Assembly (NCBI GenBank): GCA_050302075.1
Contig: JBNLAH010000002.1
Coordinates: 132,253 to 196,252, forward strand
Origin: Parachlamydiales bacterium
GTDB lineage: Bacteria; Chlamydiota; Chlamydiia; Chlamydiales; SM23-39
DNA length: 64,000 nucleotides
Direction of reading: 5' to 3'
Below the pieces are notes generated by a model that saw nothing but the letters and a program-made list of their open reading frames with translations, was not told the origin of the DNA and did no database searches. Each line of letters starts with the position of its first letter. Position 1 is the stretch's first letter. The translations under genes were made by a program, and so were the position numbers. Positions 46,313 through 55,654 of this stretch are shown here, piece by piece.

Positions 46313-47523
46313 GTGACTGGTTATTTTTTCTATTACTTACCTTAATTTGCATAGTCATCCATGGCTTTTTTTCAATGTTTGAGATGGCAGCTGTTTCATT
46401 TAACAAAATACGCATGCATTATTTTGTAAATAAGAACTATAAAAGAGCTATTTGGCTTAGTCATTTATTGGATAAACCTTCAAGACTTTTTGGAACGACA
46501 CTAATTGGTGTTAATACCTTTTTACAGATTGGATCAGAGGCATCTAGAAGGTTTTATGAATCGTTAAACTTGAACCCAGATATTGCACCTATAACTCAGA
46601 TTATTGTGGTTTTAATATTTGCAGAACTATCTCCTATGTTTGCCGCTAGAAGGTATTCGGAGCATGTTGCAATGCTTGGTATTCCAATTATTATATTTAC
46701 AAGCAAAATTCTAACTCCTGCTATTATATTAATTGACTGGATCGCTCATATATTCTCAAGGATTTTAGGTCAAAAACGAACGGTCTCTGTCTTTCTTTCC
46801 AGAGAAGAGATCCAAAGAGCTTTCGAAGAAATAGAAGTTGGTCCTAAGGAAGACGTTAACACCGTTGTTGGAAATATCTTTTCATTAAAAAGCAAAGTGG
46901 CTGGTGAGGTCATGATCCCACTAGGGATGTCACAATTATCTTCTTCTGAGTCTACTCTTAAAGAAATAAAGCATGCACTGAGTGTGAAGTATTCACCATT
47001 TATTCTTATTTTTCATCATTCTGTTGAAAACATTGTAGGTGTAGCATATCCAAGAGATATGCTTAGGGCTAAAGAAGATGAAAAAGTTATTACTTACTCA
47101 AAGCCACCTTGGTTTATAACAGACAAGGACTCCGTGCTGACCATTTTAAATCAATTTAGAAGAAATAGCCAAAGTGTAGCAATTGTGCTTAACTCATCTG
47201 GGAAAGGTATTGGATTTGTAACGTTAGAGCTTATAAACGATATTATTTTTGGCTCTAGCTTAAGGAGTGAAGATGAACCTCTAAAAAAACTCAGTTTTGT
47301 TGAAAGAACCTTACCTGGTTCTATGCTCTTGGAGGAGTTCAATGAAAAATTTAAAGCTAACCTTTCAATTGATGATGTCGATAGTTTAAGTGACATGATG
47401 ATCAAAGTCTTAGAACACCCACCAACTAAAGGGGAATCTATTAGATTAAATGAATATGAATTTACGGTAGTTGAATCAACATTGTTAGGAGTTAAAACAA
47501 TTTTGGTGAAAAGTCTTTTATAA
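46309..47523 (+). CDS. CNNM/TlyC-family protein, second tandem paralogue
   Basis: Same architecture as the upstream gene, with a 4-nt overlap to it. Confidence 0.8.
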   Translation: MSDWLFFLLLTLICIVIHGFFSMFEMAAVSFNKIRMHYFVNKNYKRAIWLSHLLDKPSRLFGTTLIGVNTFLQIGSEASRRFYESLNLNPDIAPITQIIVVLIFAELSPMFAARRYSEHVAMLGIPIIIFTSKILTPAIILIDWIAHIFSRILGQKRTVSVFLSREEIQRAFEEIEVGPKEDVNTVVGNIFSLKSKVAGEVMIPLGMSQLSSSESTLKEIKHALSVKYSPFILIFHHSVENIVGVAYPRDMLRAKEDEKVITYSKPPWFITDKDSVLTILNQFRRNSQSVAIVLNSSGKGIGFVTLELINDIIFGSSLRSEDEPLKKLSFVERTLPGSMLLEEFNEKFKANLSIDDVDSLSDMMIKVLEHPPTKGESIRLNEYEFTVVESTLLGVKTILVKSLL

Positions 47524-48651
47524 ATTTCTTATTTGTTTGACCTGAGATGTTATGACATCACAAGCTTTATAGATCTCTTCTAAGGTGTTCATTCTAGAAA
47601 ATGAAAATCTAATAGAGCTGTTTGACTTTTTTTTAGATAGTCCCATATTTAATAATATACGAGAGGGTTCGATTGCACCAGAGGCGCATGCAGATCCGTG
47701 GCTTACTGCAATTTTTGCTAAATCTAAGTTAATCAAAAGATTTTCTCCGTCTATTCCTTCAAAGCAAATATTTGATGTATTTGAAACCCTAGGTCCTGTG
47801 CCGTTTATCCAAACGTCATTTAAATTTCTAAAAATTTCGCTTTCAAAAGTTTTTCTTAAGTTTGATATATGCTCAACTATGCCAAGTATGTTTTTATCTA
47901 CTAATTCAACTGCTTTAGCAACACCCATAATGGCGGGTAAATTTTCAGTTCCGGCTCTAGTTGAAAACTCTTGCTCACCACCTGTCATCATATTGCTTAT
48001 TTTAAATGATTTTTTTTTGTATGTGAACCCACTTCCTTGCGGCCCATGAAATTTGTGGCCGCTAAAAACCATGGCTGAAATGCCTTCATAAATTGTTAAA
48101 TAATCTTTACCAAAAAAAGCAACTGCATCAACAACAAAAGAAATTCCCTTTGAATATAGTAAGCTTGCTATTTCTTCGATTTCATTCTTAACTCCAGTTT
48201 CAGCATTGGCAGCACTTAAGATTACCAATCCAGTTTTATCTGATAAAAATCCTTCTAGTAAATCTCGTGAGATAAGACCTTGATCATTAGGCTTTAGAAA
48301 TAGCACATCTTTGCCTTGGCCCTTAAGTTCAGTCAATGTTTTATAAATGCAAGAATGCTCAATATTAGAGCTTATAATCTGCTTATTGGGAAACATTGAG
48401 ATATATCCGCGTATCAATGAATTTAAGGCTTCTGTTGCACCGGAATTAAAAGTTATCTCTTCGGGAAGTGCTCCAACACTTTTTGCTATATTATATCTAG
48501 CAGAAGAAAGTCTGGCCTTCGCCATTTGTCCAAAATGATGAATGCTTGAGGCATTTGATGGAGAGTATGAAAGCTCATTTATTATTGCTTCGACAACTTC
48601 TGGAGCAATGGGTGTTGTTGCATTGTTATCTAAATATATCCAATCACTCAT
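47518..48651 (-). CDS. Cysteine desulfurase (NifS/IscS-like, class V aminotransferase)
   Basis: PLP-lysine context SGHKFHGPQG and active-site Cys SHGSACASG. Confidence 0.85.
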   Translation of the reverse strand: MSDWIYLDNNATTPIAPEVVEAIINELSYSPSNASSIHHFGQMAKARLSSARYNIAKSVGALPEEITFNSGATEALNSLIRGYISMFPNKQIISSNIEHSCIYKTLTELKGQGKDVLFLKPNDQGLISRDLLEGFLSDKTGLVILSAANAETGVKNEIEEIASLLYSKGISFVVDAVAFFGKDYLTIYEGISAMVFSGHKFHGPQGSGFTYKKKSFKISNMMTGGEQEFSTRAGTENLPAIMGVAKAVELVDKNILGIVEHISNLRKTFESEIFRNLNDVWINGTGPRVSNTSNICFEGIDGENLLINLDLAKIAVSHGSACASGAIEPSRILLNMGLSKKKSNSSIRFSFSRMNTLEEIYKACDVITSQVKQIRNL

Positions 48652-49394
48652 TCGCTTATTCGTATCATTAATATTGTGATATTATCCTTACTTCCGTTTG
48701 ATTTTGCAATTTCAATTAATAATTGAACAGCTGTGTTCAGCTCTAGAATCCCTGACAAGATTTCAATAATTTGGCTTTCAGGAACGTAGTCGGTTAAGCC
48801 ATCAGAACATAGAAAAAAAATATCTTTTACTTCAGTTGAGATATGACCGATTTCTGGAGACACTATTTTCTGAGCTCCAATTGCCCTAGTAATAATATTT
48901 TTGTAATTATTCCTGTGGTTTTTAGAGCTAATGCTTTTGCCTTGGTTCCTCCATTTTTGAATTAGTGAATGATCATCAGTTAGTTGTATAAGCTGATTTT
49001 TCCTAAATAAATATACTCTGCTATCACCCACATGAGCATAGATGGCCTTTTCATTTTGAAAATAGATAAAGCAAAGTGTAGTTCCCATGCCCTTAAGATG
49101 GTTGTGGTCACAACTTAACTGATATATGCGGGTATTAGTTTGGTAAATCCCTTGAGTTAATAGGCCAATTTTCTTTTTAAGACTGAATTTTTTCAGGGGA
49201 TAGACGTTTTCTCTTATATAATCGCTTATTGATTCAATAGCTTGCTTTGCAGCTATTTCTCCACCATTGTGACCGCCCATTCCGTCTGCTAGTGCAAAAA
49301 AATTTTCTTTTGGAAGAGAAGTCCAAAAATCTTGGTTTTTCTCTCTTATCCCGATGTCAGACAATCCAAAAAATTGAATTTTAGATGAACTCAT
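48648..49394 (-). CDS. PP2C-family Ser/Thr protein phosphatase
   Basis: GLSDIGIREKNQD and ALADGMGGHNGGEIA motifs. I prefer the ATG at 49394; the track's alternative is TTG at 49415. Overlaps the serpin 3' end. Confidence 0.85.
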   Translation of the reverse strand: MSSSKIQFFGLSDIGIREKNQDFWTSLPKENFFALADGMGGHNGGEIAAKQAIESISDYIRENVYPLKKFSLKKKIGLLTQGIYQTNTRIYQLSCDHNHLKGMGTTLCFIYFQNEKAIYAHVGDSRVYLFRKNQLIQLTDDHSLIQKWRNQGKSISSKNHRNNYKNIITRAIGAQKIVSPEIGHISTEVKDIFFLCSDGLTDYVPESQIIEILSGILELNTAVQLLIEIAKSNGSKDNITILMIRISE

Positions 49395-50574
49395 AAGGCC
49401 TTTGGATTTTTCCAATAAATAAAATTGTTTTGCTTTTCAGATCACATATTATGATATAAAAAGGACTGTCGACGTTAAAAGATATAGCTTCCCGATCCAA
49501 ATTTGTCTTGTACTCAGTAACTTTAATATCTTCATCTTTTACATTAATACCGTTTTCATCAATTTTTAAGAAGCTTTCATGGATGATATCATTTAAATAA
49601 AGATCCAAACGGTCATTAATATTTGAAAAGTTAGCAGTTCTTGTAAAAGCTTGGACAAGCCCTATTTCCTTTAAGGGTTTTTTTAGTGAGTATTTCTGAT
49701 TTATGGTAAATCGCGGTATTTCTATGTTTAGGTAATTGTATGAGAGGTTATTCGCAATCTGCTTAAATATCTTATTCGATATTTTAGCTGTTTTCTTTTT
49801 TGGTAATAGTACCAGCATTTTAAAGTCTGCTTTATTGTTTTTGCAAGCAATTGGTAATGCAATTGTTTTAAAATCTGCATTTTCATGATATAGCAGCTCA
49901 GACGTTTGTCGCATTTTATAAACAGTTATTTTTCTGCTTGGGCTAAAAAAGGTGCCGGGTTGCGTTTCAGATGAATTGAAAGGACTTTTCCATGTTGCTT
50001 TCATAAATAGAGTGTTTATGAAAAGTAACCTTGTGTAATCTGATATGTCCGAGCTTGATAAAATGTCCAATATTTCAAACTCGTTCATTGAAGCTATATA
50101 TTTATTAATTTTATCTAGTTCTTTTTTTTGGTTTTTTTCAAAAGATCCTTGCTCAATTTTTACATGAAAATTAGAAACAGCTACTTTTTTAAAGGAAGGT
50201 AAAATTAATGTGCTAGAATCTATAAATGCTAAATTAGTTAATAAGAAATCACATGGCTTTTCTGAAATGAAAAGATTAGTGTAGAGTCGATTATATGCTA
50301 AGGGAAGTTTTTCATCTAAAAGAGTGAGCTTAAGCGCTTTTTTTATCTCTTTATTGGTGTTATTACTTGACCCATAAGTCAGAACAAAAAGCGAAGAAGC
50401 TATTGAGAAGGGGGAGTAAAATGTGTTTTCTTTGCCCGTGTCTATTTTTTCAAATAATTCGAATCCTAGCTCTGTAATCGAATCTTCAAGCATTGTTTTA
50501 TTGGTCATTCCTAAAAGATCTATTGCAAAAGGCGGAAGAGAAAAAACAGTAAATATCAAAAATAGGTATTTCAT
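49381..50574 (-). CDS. Secreted serpin-family protein
   Basis: Signal peptide. N-terminal FSPFSIASSLFVLTYGSSNNTNKEI and C-terminal FNVDSPFYIII......ILFIGKIQRP match serpin signatures. Confidence 0.8.
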   Translation of the reverse strand: MKYLFLIFTVFSLPPFAIDLLGMTNKTMLEDSITELGFELFEKIDTGKENTFYSPFSIASSLFVLTYGSSNNTNKEIKKALKLTLLDEKLPLAYNRLYTNLFISEKPCDFLLTNLAFIDSSTLILPSFKKVAVSNFHVKIEQGSFEKNQKKELDKINKYIASMNEFEILDILSSSDISDYTRLLFINTLFMKATWKSPFNSSETQPGTFFSPSRKITVYKMRQTSELLYHENADFKTIALPIACKNNKADFKMLVLLPKKKTAKISNKIFKQIANNLSYNYLNIEIPRFTINQKYSLKKPLKEIGLVQAFTRTANFSNINDRLDLYLNDIIHESFLKIDENGINVKDEDIKVTEYKTNLDREAISFNVDSPFYIIICDLKSKTILFIGKIQRPYEFI

Positions 50575-50626
50575 CTTAAATGTATCTTTTAAAAGCTTTA
50601 AGATATAGCCAATTTTAGCTTAAAAA

Positions 50627-51475
50627 TTAACTACTTATGAGTGCTAAGCTTAAAATGCTAGATAAATTAAAAATAGCATGTAGCAAAATTGGGCATATCA
50701 ATGTCTTTTGCTTTTCATATATGAAACTCAAAAAAAATGCTAGAGGAAACAATGCTGACAAGATTACAATGTTTCCAATTTTTTGAGAGGTTGAAAAGTG
50801 GAAAACAACAAAGAAAATAGATGTAAGAATAATACTAAAAATGGGTCCTAGATGCTTTTTTAGCCATGTTTGCAAAAATCCTCTGAAAAGAGTTTCTTCA
50901 ACTATTGGTGCCAAAAAAACAACTGTAAAAAATGCTAAAAAAAAATAAATTGGACTGTCTAGCGATGTTTTAACATAGCTAACAGCAAGCTGGTCTGGCA
51001 TTTTTTCAATTTTAAAAATTTTTGAAACGATTAAATCAGAGAACTGAGAGAAAAACAAAACTAGGGGAGTGACTATTATCCAACCTACAAAAGCTACTTT
51101 CAAATTTTTATAAAAATCATTATCCCATAGTGGAATATTCAATCTGAAAAGGTTAAACTTTTTAAAGTAGTAAATCCCTAAAAATAAAGCAACCAAGAGA
51201 AAAGAGAGTATATTGGAAATACTAACATAACTTATGGCGGAGTATGTTTGCGTGGTGATATTTAATACTTTTAATATTAGAGGAGTTATAAATATCACAG
51301 TTGTTAAGTAAATAGCAAAAGCTATTAAAACATGTCCAAAGGAGATAACTATCTTATTTTTTGGAGAAAAAGTGACTTTAAAAAATTTTTTTTTCCAAGC
51401 TGTAAGCAGTACAAAACTTGCAATTACAGCCCAGAAAAAGGATAACTCACCTAAAAGTTTTATTCGCTGATCCAT
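50627..51475 (-). CDS. CPBP-family intramembrane glutamic endopeptidase (CAAX protease/Abi)
   Basis: EETLFRGFLQ, FHF and HAIFN motifs in a polytopic protein. Confidence 0.8.
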   Translation of the reverse strand: MDQRIKLLGELSFFWAVIASFVLLTAWKKKFFKVTFSPKNKIVISFGHVLIAFAIYLTTVIFITPLILKVLNITTQTYSAISYVSISNILSFLLVALFLGIYYFKKFNLFRLNIPLWDNDFYKNLKVAFVGWIIVTPLVLFFSQFSDLIVSKIFKIEKMPDQLAVSYVKTSLDSPIYFFLAFFTVVFLAPIVEETLFRGFLQTWLKKHLGPIFSIILTSIFFVVFHFSTSQKIGNIVILSALFPLAFFLSFIYEKQKTLICPILLHAIFNLSSILSLALISS

Positions 51476-52126
51476 TTATCTGCTTTTGGCCAGCAAAATA
51501 TAATCGTTAATTTGGTCTACTAGGTATTTAACAACTTGCATGTGAGCTAGTCCCATAGGGGACTTGCTATACTCTTCAGTTCCCCAAACTACTATATCAC
51601 AATTTGAATGTAGTACATTTTTAGAAATATAAAATGTGTCTTTTACTATTTCTTGTAAAACAATCTTAGGTTCATCATATCTCAAGTCAATAACTCGTAC
51701 TCTCATGGAAATATTTAAGTCATGAGATTGCTTTCTTATGTCAGAGATTTCTTGATTTGGCTTTTTTTCTGCAATAGTGTCTTCGTGCTCGACTATTTCA
51801 GTAAAGACAACAAATTCTGAGTTTTTGTAGTGGTTTTTAACCCAAGCAAGATCATTTCCAAATGGATTTTGTGTAATATGATCATGAGAAGTTTTTCCCT
51901 TTGGGATATAAAGATCGCCTTTTTGGGCAGTTACGTTGACGATAAGATCAGTTAATTCTTCTGATAAACTCCAAGATAGTTCATAGTTGCTAGAGTCAAT
52001 CACAGGTGTAATTTCAACAATAGGTTTTGCTCTTCCATCTTCGTGGAAAAGAGTAAACTCATCATTTTCTTTACGGCAACCAACTAAAAATAATATTCCT
52101 AATAAGCAATAAAGGCTTTTTCGCAT
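51476..52126 (-). CDS. Hypothetical lipoprotein
   Basis: Signal peptide with lipobox LVGC. Abuts the CPBP gene start, so probably in the same operon. Confidence 0.6.
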   Translation of the reverse strand: MRKSLYCLLGILFLVGCRKENDEFTLFHEDGRAKPIVEITPVIDSSNYELSWSLSEELTDLIVNVTAQKGDLYIPKGKTSHDHITQNPFGNDLAWVKNHYKNSEFVVFTEIVEHEDTIAEKKPNQEISDIRKQSHDLNISMRVRVIDLRYDEPKIVLQEIVKDTFYISKNVLHSNCDIVVWGTEEYSKSPMGLAHMQVVKYLVDQINDYILLAKSR

Positions 52127-52191
52127 GTCTCCTCACAATGAATAGTTGCCTCAAAACATAACAGATACGCATTTTTCAAATCTATAGAAAT

Positions 52192-54216
52192 CTAGCGAGG
52201 CATCACCAGTAAAATACTTGAATATGGATTCAAAAGGTAAGATTCTTCAATTTTATGACTTAAGTTTTCTTCAAAGTCATTTGGAGTTTTTAGGGATGTA
52301 TCAACTTTTCTATACCAACTATATCCATCTTCATATGTGGGGATTTTAAACTTAACTAGGTGAGGAGTTGGATTAAATGCAAAATAAAGGTAATCATCAT
52401 CGGTGGACTTAAGTGTTAGTGCCAAAAGACCATTTGGATTATCCCAAGTGGCTTTTAAAGGCTCTGTTGAGTGCCACTCAACATTTTCGGCTTCAACAAA
52501 CTCTTTTTTTCCTAGAACTGAATGGTTTTTTCTAAATTCAATTAATGATCTAACAAAGCGGAAAAGTCCTTTGTTTTTTAAAAGTTGATCCCATTGAAAC
52601 CAGTTGATATCGCTATCTTGACACCAAGTGTTATTATTTCCCCTTTTTGTATGCCCGTACTCATCTCCCATAGAAATCATCGGAGTCCCTTGGGCACAAA
52701 GCAAAACAAAGAAAAAATTTTTCAATTGCTTTTCTCTTAAGTGTTTTATTTTTCCATCCTGTGTGGTGCCTTCTTCTCCGCAATTCCAACTATGGTTCTC
52801 ATTGATTCCGTCTTTGTTATCTTCACCATTTTCTTCATTGTGTTTTTGATTATAACTCACAAGATCATGCATTGAAAAGCCATCATGACATGTAATGAAG
52901 TTAACACTATGATAAGGGGATCTTTCATTGCCATACAGGTTTTGTGATCCTAAAAAATATGTAGCAAAGTCTCCCTGCTTGAATACGTCGCCTTTAATAA
53001 ACATCCTGACAGAGTCTCTAAATTTCCCATTCCATTCCATCCACTTTCCCCAAGAGGGAAATGATCCTACTTGGTAAAGGCCTGCACAATCCCAGGCTTC
53101 TGCAATTAGTTTTGTATCTGAAAAAATCGGATCTAGACTTATTGCTTCAATGAGAGGCGGAAACTCCATTGGTTTTCCTTCAGGGTCTCTAGTTAAAATA
53201 GATGCCAGGTCAAATCGAAATCCATCGACTTGCATTTCGCTTACCCAGTACTTCAAACTATCTAAAATGTGTTCTCTTGTGACAATATGATTGCAGCTAA
53301 AGGTATTTCCACATCCAGAATAGTTTAAATAATTTCCATCCTTGTCTAAAAGATAGTAAACAGAGTTCTCTATCCCTCTAAAATTAATTAAATGACTTTT
53401 GTCACCGCCTTCAGCCGTATGGTTATAAACAACATCTAAAATTACTTCGATGTTATTTCTGTGAAGCTCTTTGACTAGCATCTTAAACTGTTCTGCTGTA
53501 GTTAAGCCTTCTATTGTTGCTGAATATCTATTCATCAATGCAAAGAAGTTAATAGGTGAATATCCCCAGTAATTGTATAGTTTAGTATTTGTTTTTGGAT
53601 TTATTCTCGGATTTGAGCATTCATCAAATTCAAAGACAGGAAGTAACTCGACAGCATTAATCCCTAGTTTTTTTAAATAGGGTATTTTGTCAATCATTGC
53701 TAAAAATGTCCCTTTATGCTCTACATCGCTGGACTTGTCTTTTGTAAAACCTCTTACATGCATTTCATAGATAATTAAGTTCTGCATTGGATGGTTGGGT
53801 TTCACCACTCCTTCCCAGTCAAAGGGTTTTTCCATTTGTATTTTCCCCCTAGGTGGGTATTTTTTCTTATCAGACCACTCATTTGACCAGTTAAGCTGTT
53901 TTGCCAAAGGATCACTCACGAATCTATCCGGATAAAAAAGATATCCCTTTGTTTTGTCTTTTGGGCCATCTAGTTTGTATGCATACTCAAGATTTTCTGG
54001 TAGATTTTCAATTAGGATGTGCCAAATATTTCCAGTTTGACTTTTTAAGGGGATTTCTAAAGATGGCTTGTCATGATTTTGCTTGAAAAAGCATATCACA
54101 ACTTTAGTGGCATGCTCCGAAAAAATAGCAAAATTCATCCCATTGGATTTTTTTGTCAATCCAAGTGGTCTAGGATGGCCTTCTTTGATTTTTATTGATT
54201 TTGATAACCTAAACAT
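52192..54216 (-). CDS. glgX: Glycogen debranching enzyme GlgX (GH13)
   Basis: 674 aa with GH13 blocks DVVYNHT, GFRFDLA, EAWD and FITCHDGF. Confidence 0.9.
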   Translation of the reverse strand: MFRLSKSIKIKEGHPRPLGLTKKSNGMNFAIFSEHATKVVICFFKQNHDKPSLEIPLKSQTGNIWHILIENLPENLEYAYKLDGPKDKTKGYLFYPDRFVSDPLAKQLNWSNEWSDKKKYPPRGKIQMEKPFDWEGVVKPNHPMQNLIIYEMHVRGFTKDKSSDVEHKGTFLAMIDKIPYLKKLGINAVELLPVFEFDECSNPRINPKTNTKLYNYWGYSPINFFALMNRYSATIEGLTTAEQFKMLVKELHRNNIEVILDVVYNHTAEGGDKSHLINFRGIENSVYYLLDKDGNYLNYSGCGNTFSCNHIVTREHILDSLKYWVSEMQVDGFRFDLASILTRDPEGKPMEFPPLIEAISLDPIFSDTKLIAEAWDCAGLYQVGSFPSWGKWMEWNGKFRDSVRMFIKGDVFKQGDFATYFLGSQNLYGNERSPYHSVNFITCHDGFSMHDLVSYNQKHNEENGEDNKDGINENHSWNCGEEGTTQDGKIKHLREKQLKNFFFVLLCAQGTPMISMGDEYGHTKRGNNNTWCQDSDINWFQWDQLLKNKGLFRFVRSLIEFRKNHSVLGKKEFVEAENVEWHSTEPLKATWDNPNGLLALTLKSTDDDYLYFAFNPTPHLVKFKIPTYEDGYSWYRKVDTSLKTPNDFEENLSHKIEESYLLNPYSSILLVMPR

Positions 54217-54384
54217 AGTTATCTTCTATATAAAAGATAATCTATTTTTATAAAAATTTATTGTTTGAAAAAGTGAATCAAACTCTAAAATAAAGAGTTA
54301 TAGCATTCAATGAGAAAGCGTTTAGAGCAAAATTGTGTAAAAACGCAGAACCATCGCTGGAAAAAATTCAGCTGTTTTTAACCC

Positions 54385-54421
54385 ATAAAATAAAAACTCC
54401 CCCGCTTTAAAGGGGGGAGTT
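54385..54421 (-). terminator. Rho-independent terminator for the 54460-55329 gene
   Basis: AACTCCCCC-gctttaaa-GGGGGGAGTT hairpin. The minus strand follows it with TTTATTTTAT. Confidence 0.6.
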
Positions 54422-54459
54422 ATATTTAATTCCGCTTAGAATTTTAATTCTTTATTAAA

Positions 54460-55329
54460 TTAATTGGCTTCCATCTTTTCCTTAAGAGTTCTCATCATTG
54501 CAGTCGACTCAGACTCGACTACCGCGTCATCACTGCTCCATTTACTGTAATCGGTTTCGCTGTTACTTCTAATAAAGCTTACCAATTCAGTATATGTCGT
54601 TATTTTAGGAAAACTATCGTATTTCGACCTGAGAAGAATCTCTATTGAATCTGTACTTATGTCAAATGTTATATCTAGATGAGTGTCATAAAAATTTCTG
54701 ATTGTTTTTTTAAGCTCATCTAGCTTTTGACTGTCAGTTTTTACTGGTTTACTATGCTCACTGGTAGCGTTTGTAGCTTTTGCACGTTTTCTATGAAGGC
54801 ATAATCCTATCACACTAACTAGAGTAGCAGTGGTACCTAATGCTATTGGATAAATATTATTTAAGAGTTTCTCTGATAGAGTCTTTTCTTTGTTATAAAA
54901 TGGAATTCCATTCTTATAAATATATATGCTTCCTATTAATAAGCCTGCAGATACAGCTACTTTAGTAGTTGTAGAAATGTTTTTTGTGTCAAAATTTTTA
55001 ACAGCCTTTATCCCATTCTTTGCTTTTGATTTAGCATATTTAAAAGCTGGTGAATTTTTGGCTGCTTGTATTCCACCTTTTACTTTCAACCCAGCATATT
55101 TTACAGCGTAAGAGAGCTGTTCTTTATATGAGAGTTTTTTTACGCTTCTAAATGGTCTAGTTACCAAATCTAATGAATCTTTAATAAATAAAAAAGGTAG
55201 TAAAATAATTGTTTTAAAAACTAGCGCTACCTTAGCAGTTGTTGAATCAGATTTTGAAACTTCTGAAAAAGCTCCTTGGATACCAGAAAAGCATTTAGCT
55301 GCTTCTGGCTTTATAAATTGAATGGCCAT
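54460..55329 (-). CDS. Membrane protein, island family member 4 (Lys-rich tandem repeats, soluble C-terminal domain)
   Basis: Start revised to the ATG at 55329, with GGGAGG 9 nt upstream. The N-terminus MAIQFIKPEAAKCFSGIQG then aligns with MTIEMYPDFAALGRAVLGG of ORF 29185. Contains the module AKVALVFKTIILLPFLFIKD. Confidence 0.65.
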   Translation of the reverse strand: MAIQFIKPEAAKCFSGIQGAFSEVSKSDSTTAKVALVFKTIILLPFLFIKDSLDLVTRPFRSVKKLSYKEQLSYAVKYAGLKVKGGIQAAKNSPAFKYAKSKAKNGIKAVKNFDTKNISTTTKVAVSAGLLIGSIYIYKNGIPFYNKEKTLSEKLLNNIYPIALGTTATLVSVIGLCLHRKRAKATNATSEHSKPVKTDSQKLDELKKTIRNFYDTHLDITFDISTDSIEILLRSKYDSFPKITTYTELVSFIRSNSETDYSKWSSDDAVVESESTAMMRTLKEKMEAN

Positions 55330-55412
55330 ATCGGCTTTCCTCCCTATTTTGTTTTTTATCAAATCAATTTTAAATTATTTAATTATTTTTTTCATCAATT
55401 AATTATTAATAA

Positions 55413-55428
55413 TAATAAATTTTTATTA
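55413..55428. promoter_or_regulatory. Inverted repeat TAATAAA-TT-TTTATTA, related to the 29082-29097 palindrome
   Basis: Centred about 92 nt upstream of the revised ATG at 55329. Embedded in the 17-nt string TTAATAATAATAAATTT, which is shared exactly with 29076-29092. Confidence 0.25.
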
Positions 55429-55654
55429 CGGTTATTCTTTATAGGAGAAATAATAGGTAAATATCTATGTTTTATTTATTTACAATATTTAAGAACTGTG
55501 AAAACTAATTTCATGAATTAAATAGTGCAATAATATTAAGGGGGTTGTTTTATATATTTAGTAAAATAAAGCTTCTATATAGTGAGAAAATGTAAATTAA
55601 GCTAAAATATATTAATTGTAATTAGATGATTTGTTATAAGACGTTATTCGTTAG

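Noticed and set aside
47585-48049. 154-aa plus-strand ORF.
   Set aside because: It lies entirely antisense within the well-supported NifS-like gene and has no motifs or SD. The same reasoning applies to other internal antisense ORFs, for example 4936-5250, 10395-10721, 18993-19280, 30924-31283, 32321-32635 and 45922-46230.
54310-54381. 23-codon ORF (MRKRLEQNCVKTQNHRWKKFSCF) in the glgX-proximal spacer, just before the 54395-54421 hairpin.
   Set aside because: It has no SD and is too short to support from sequence alone. The hairpin is better explained as the terminator of the minus-strand gene.
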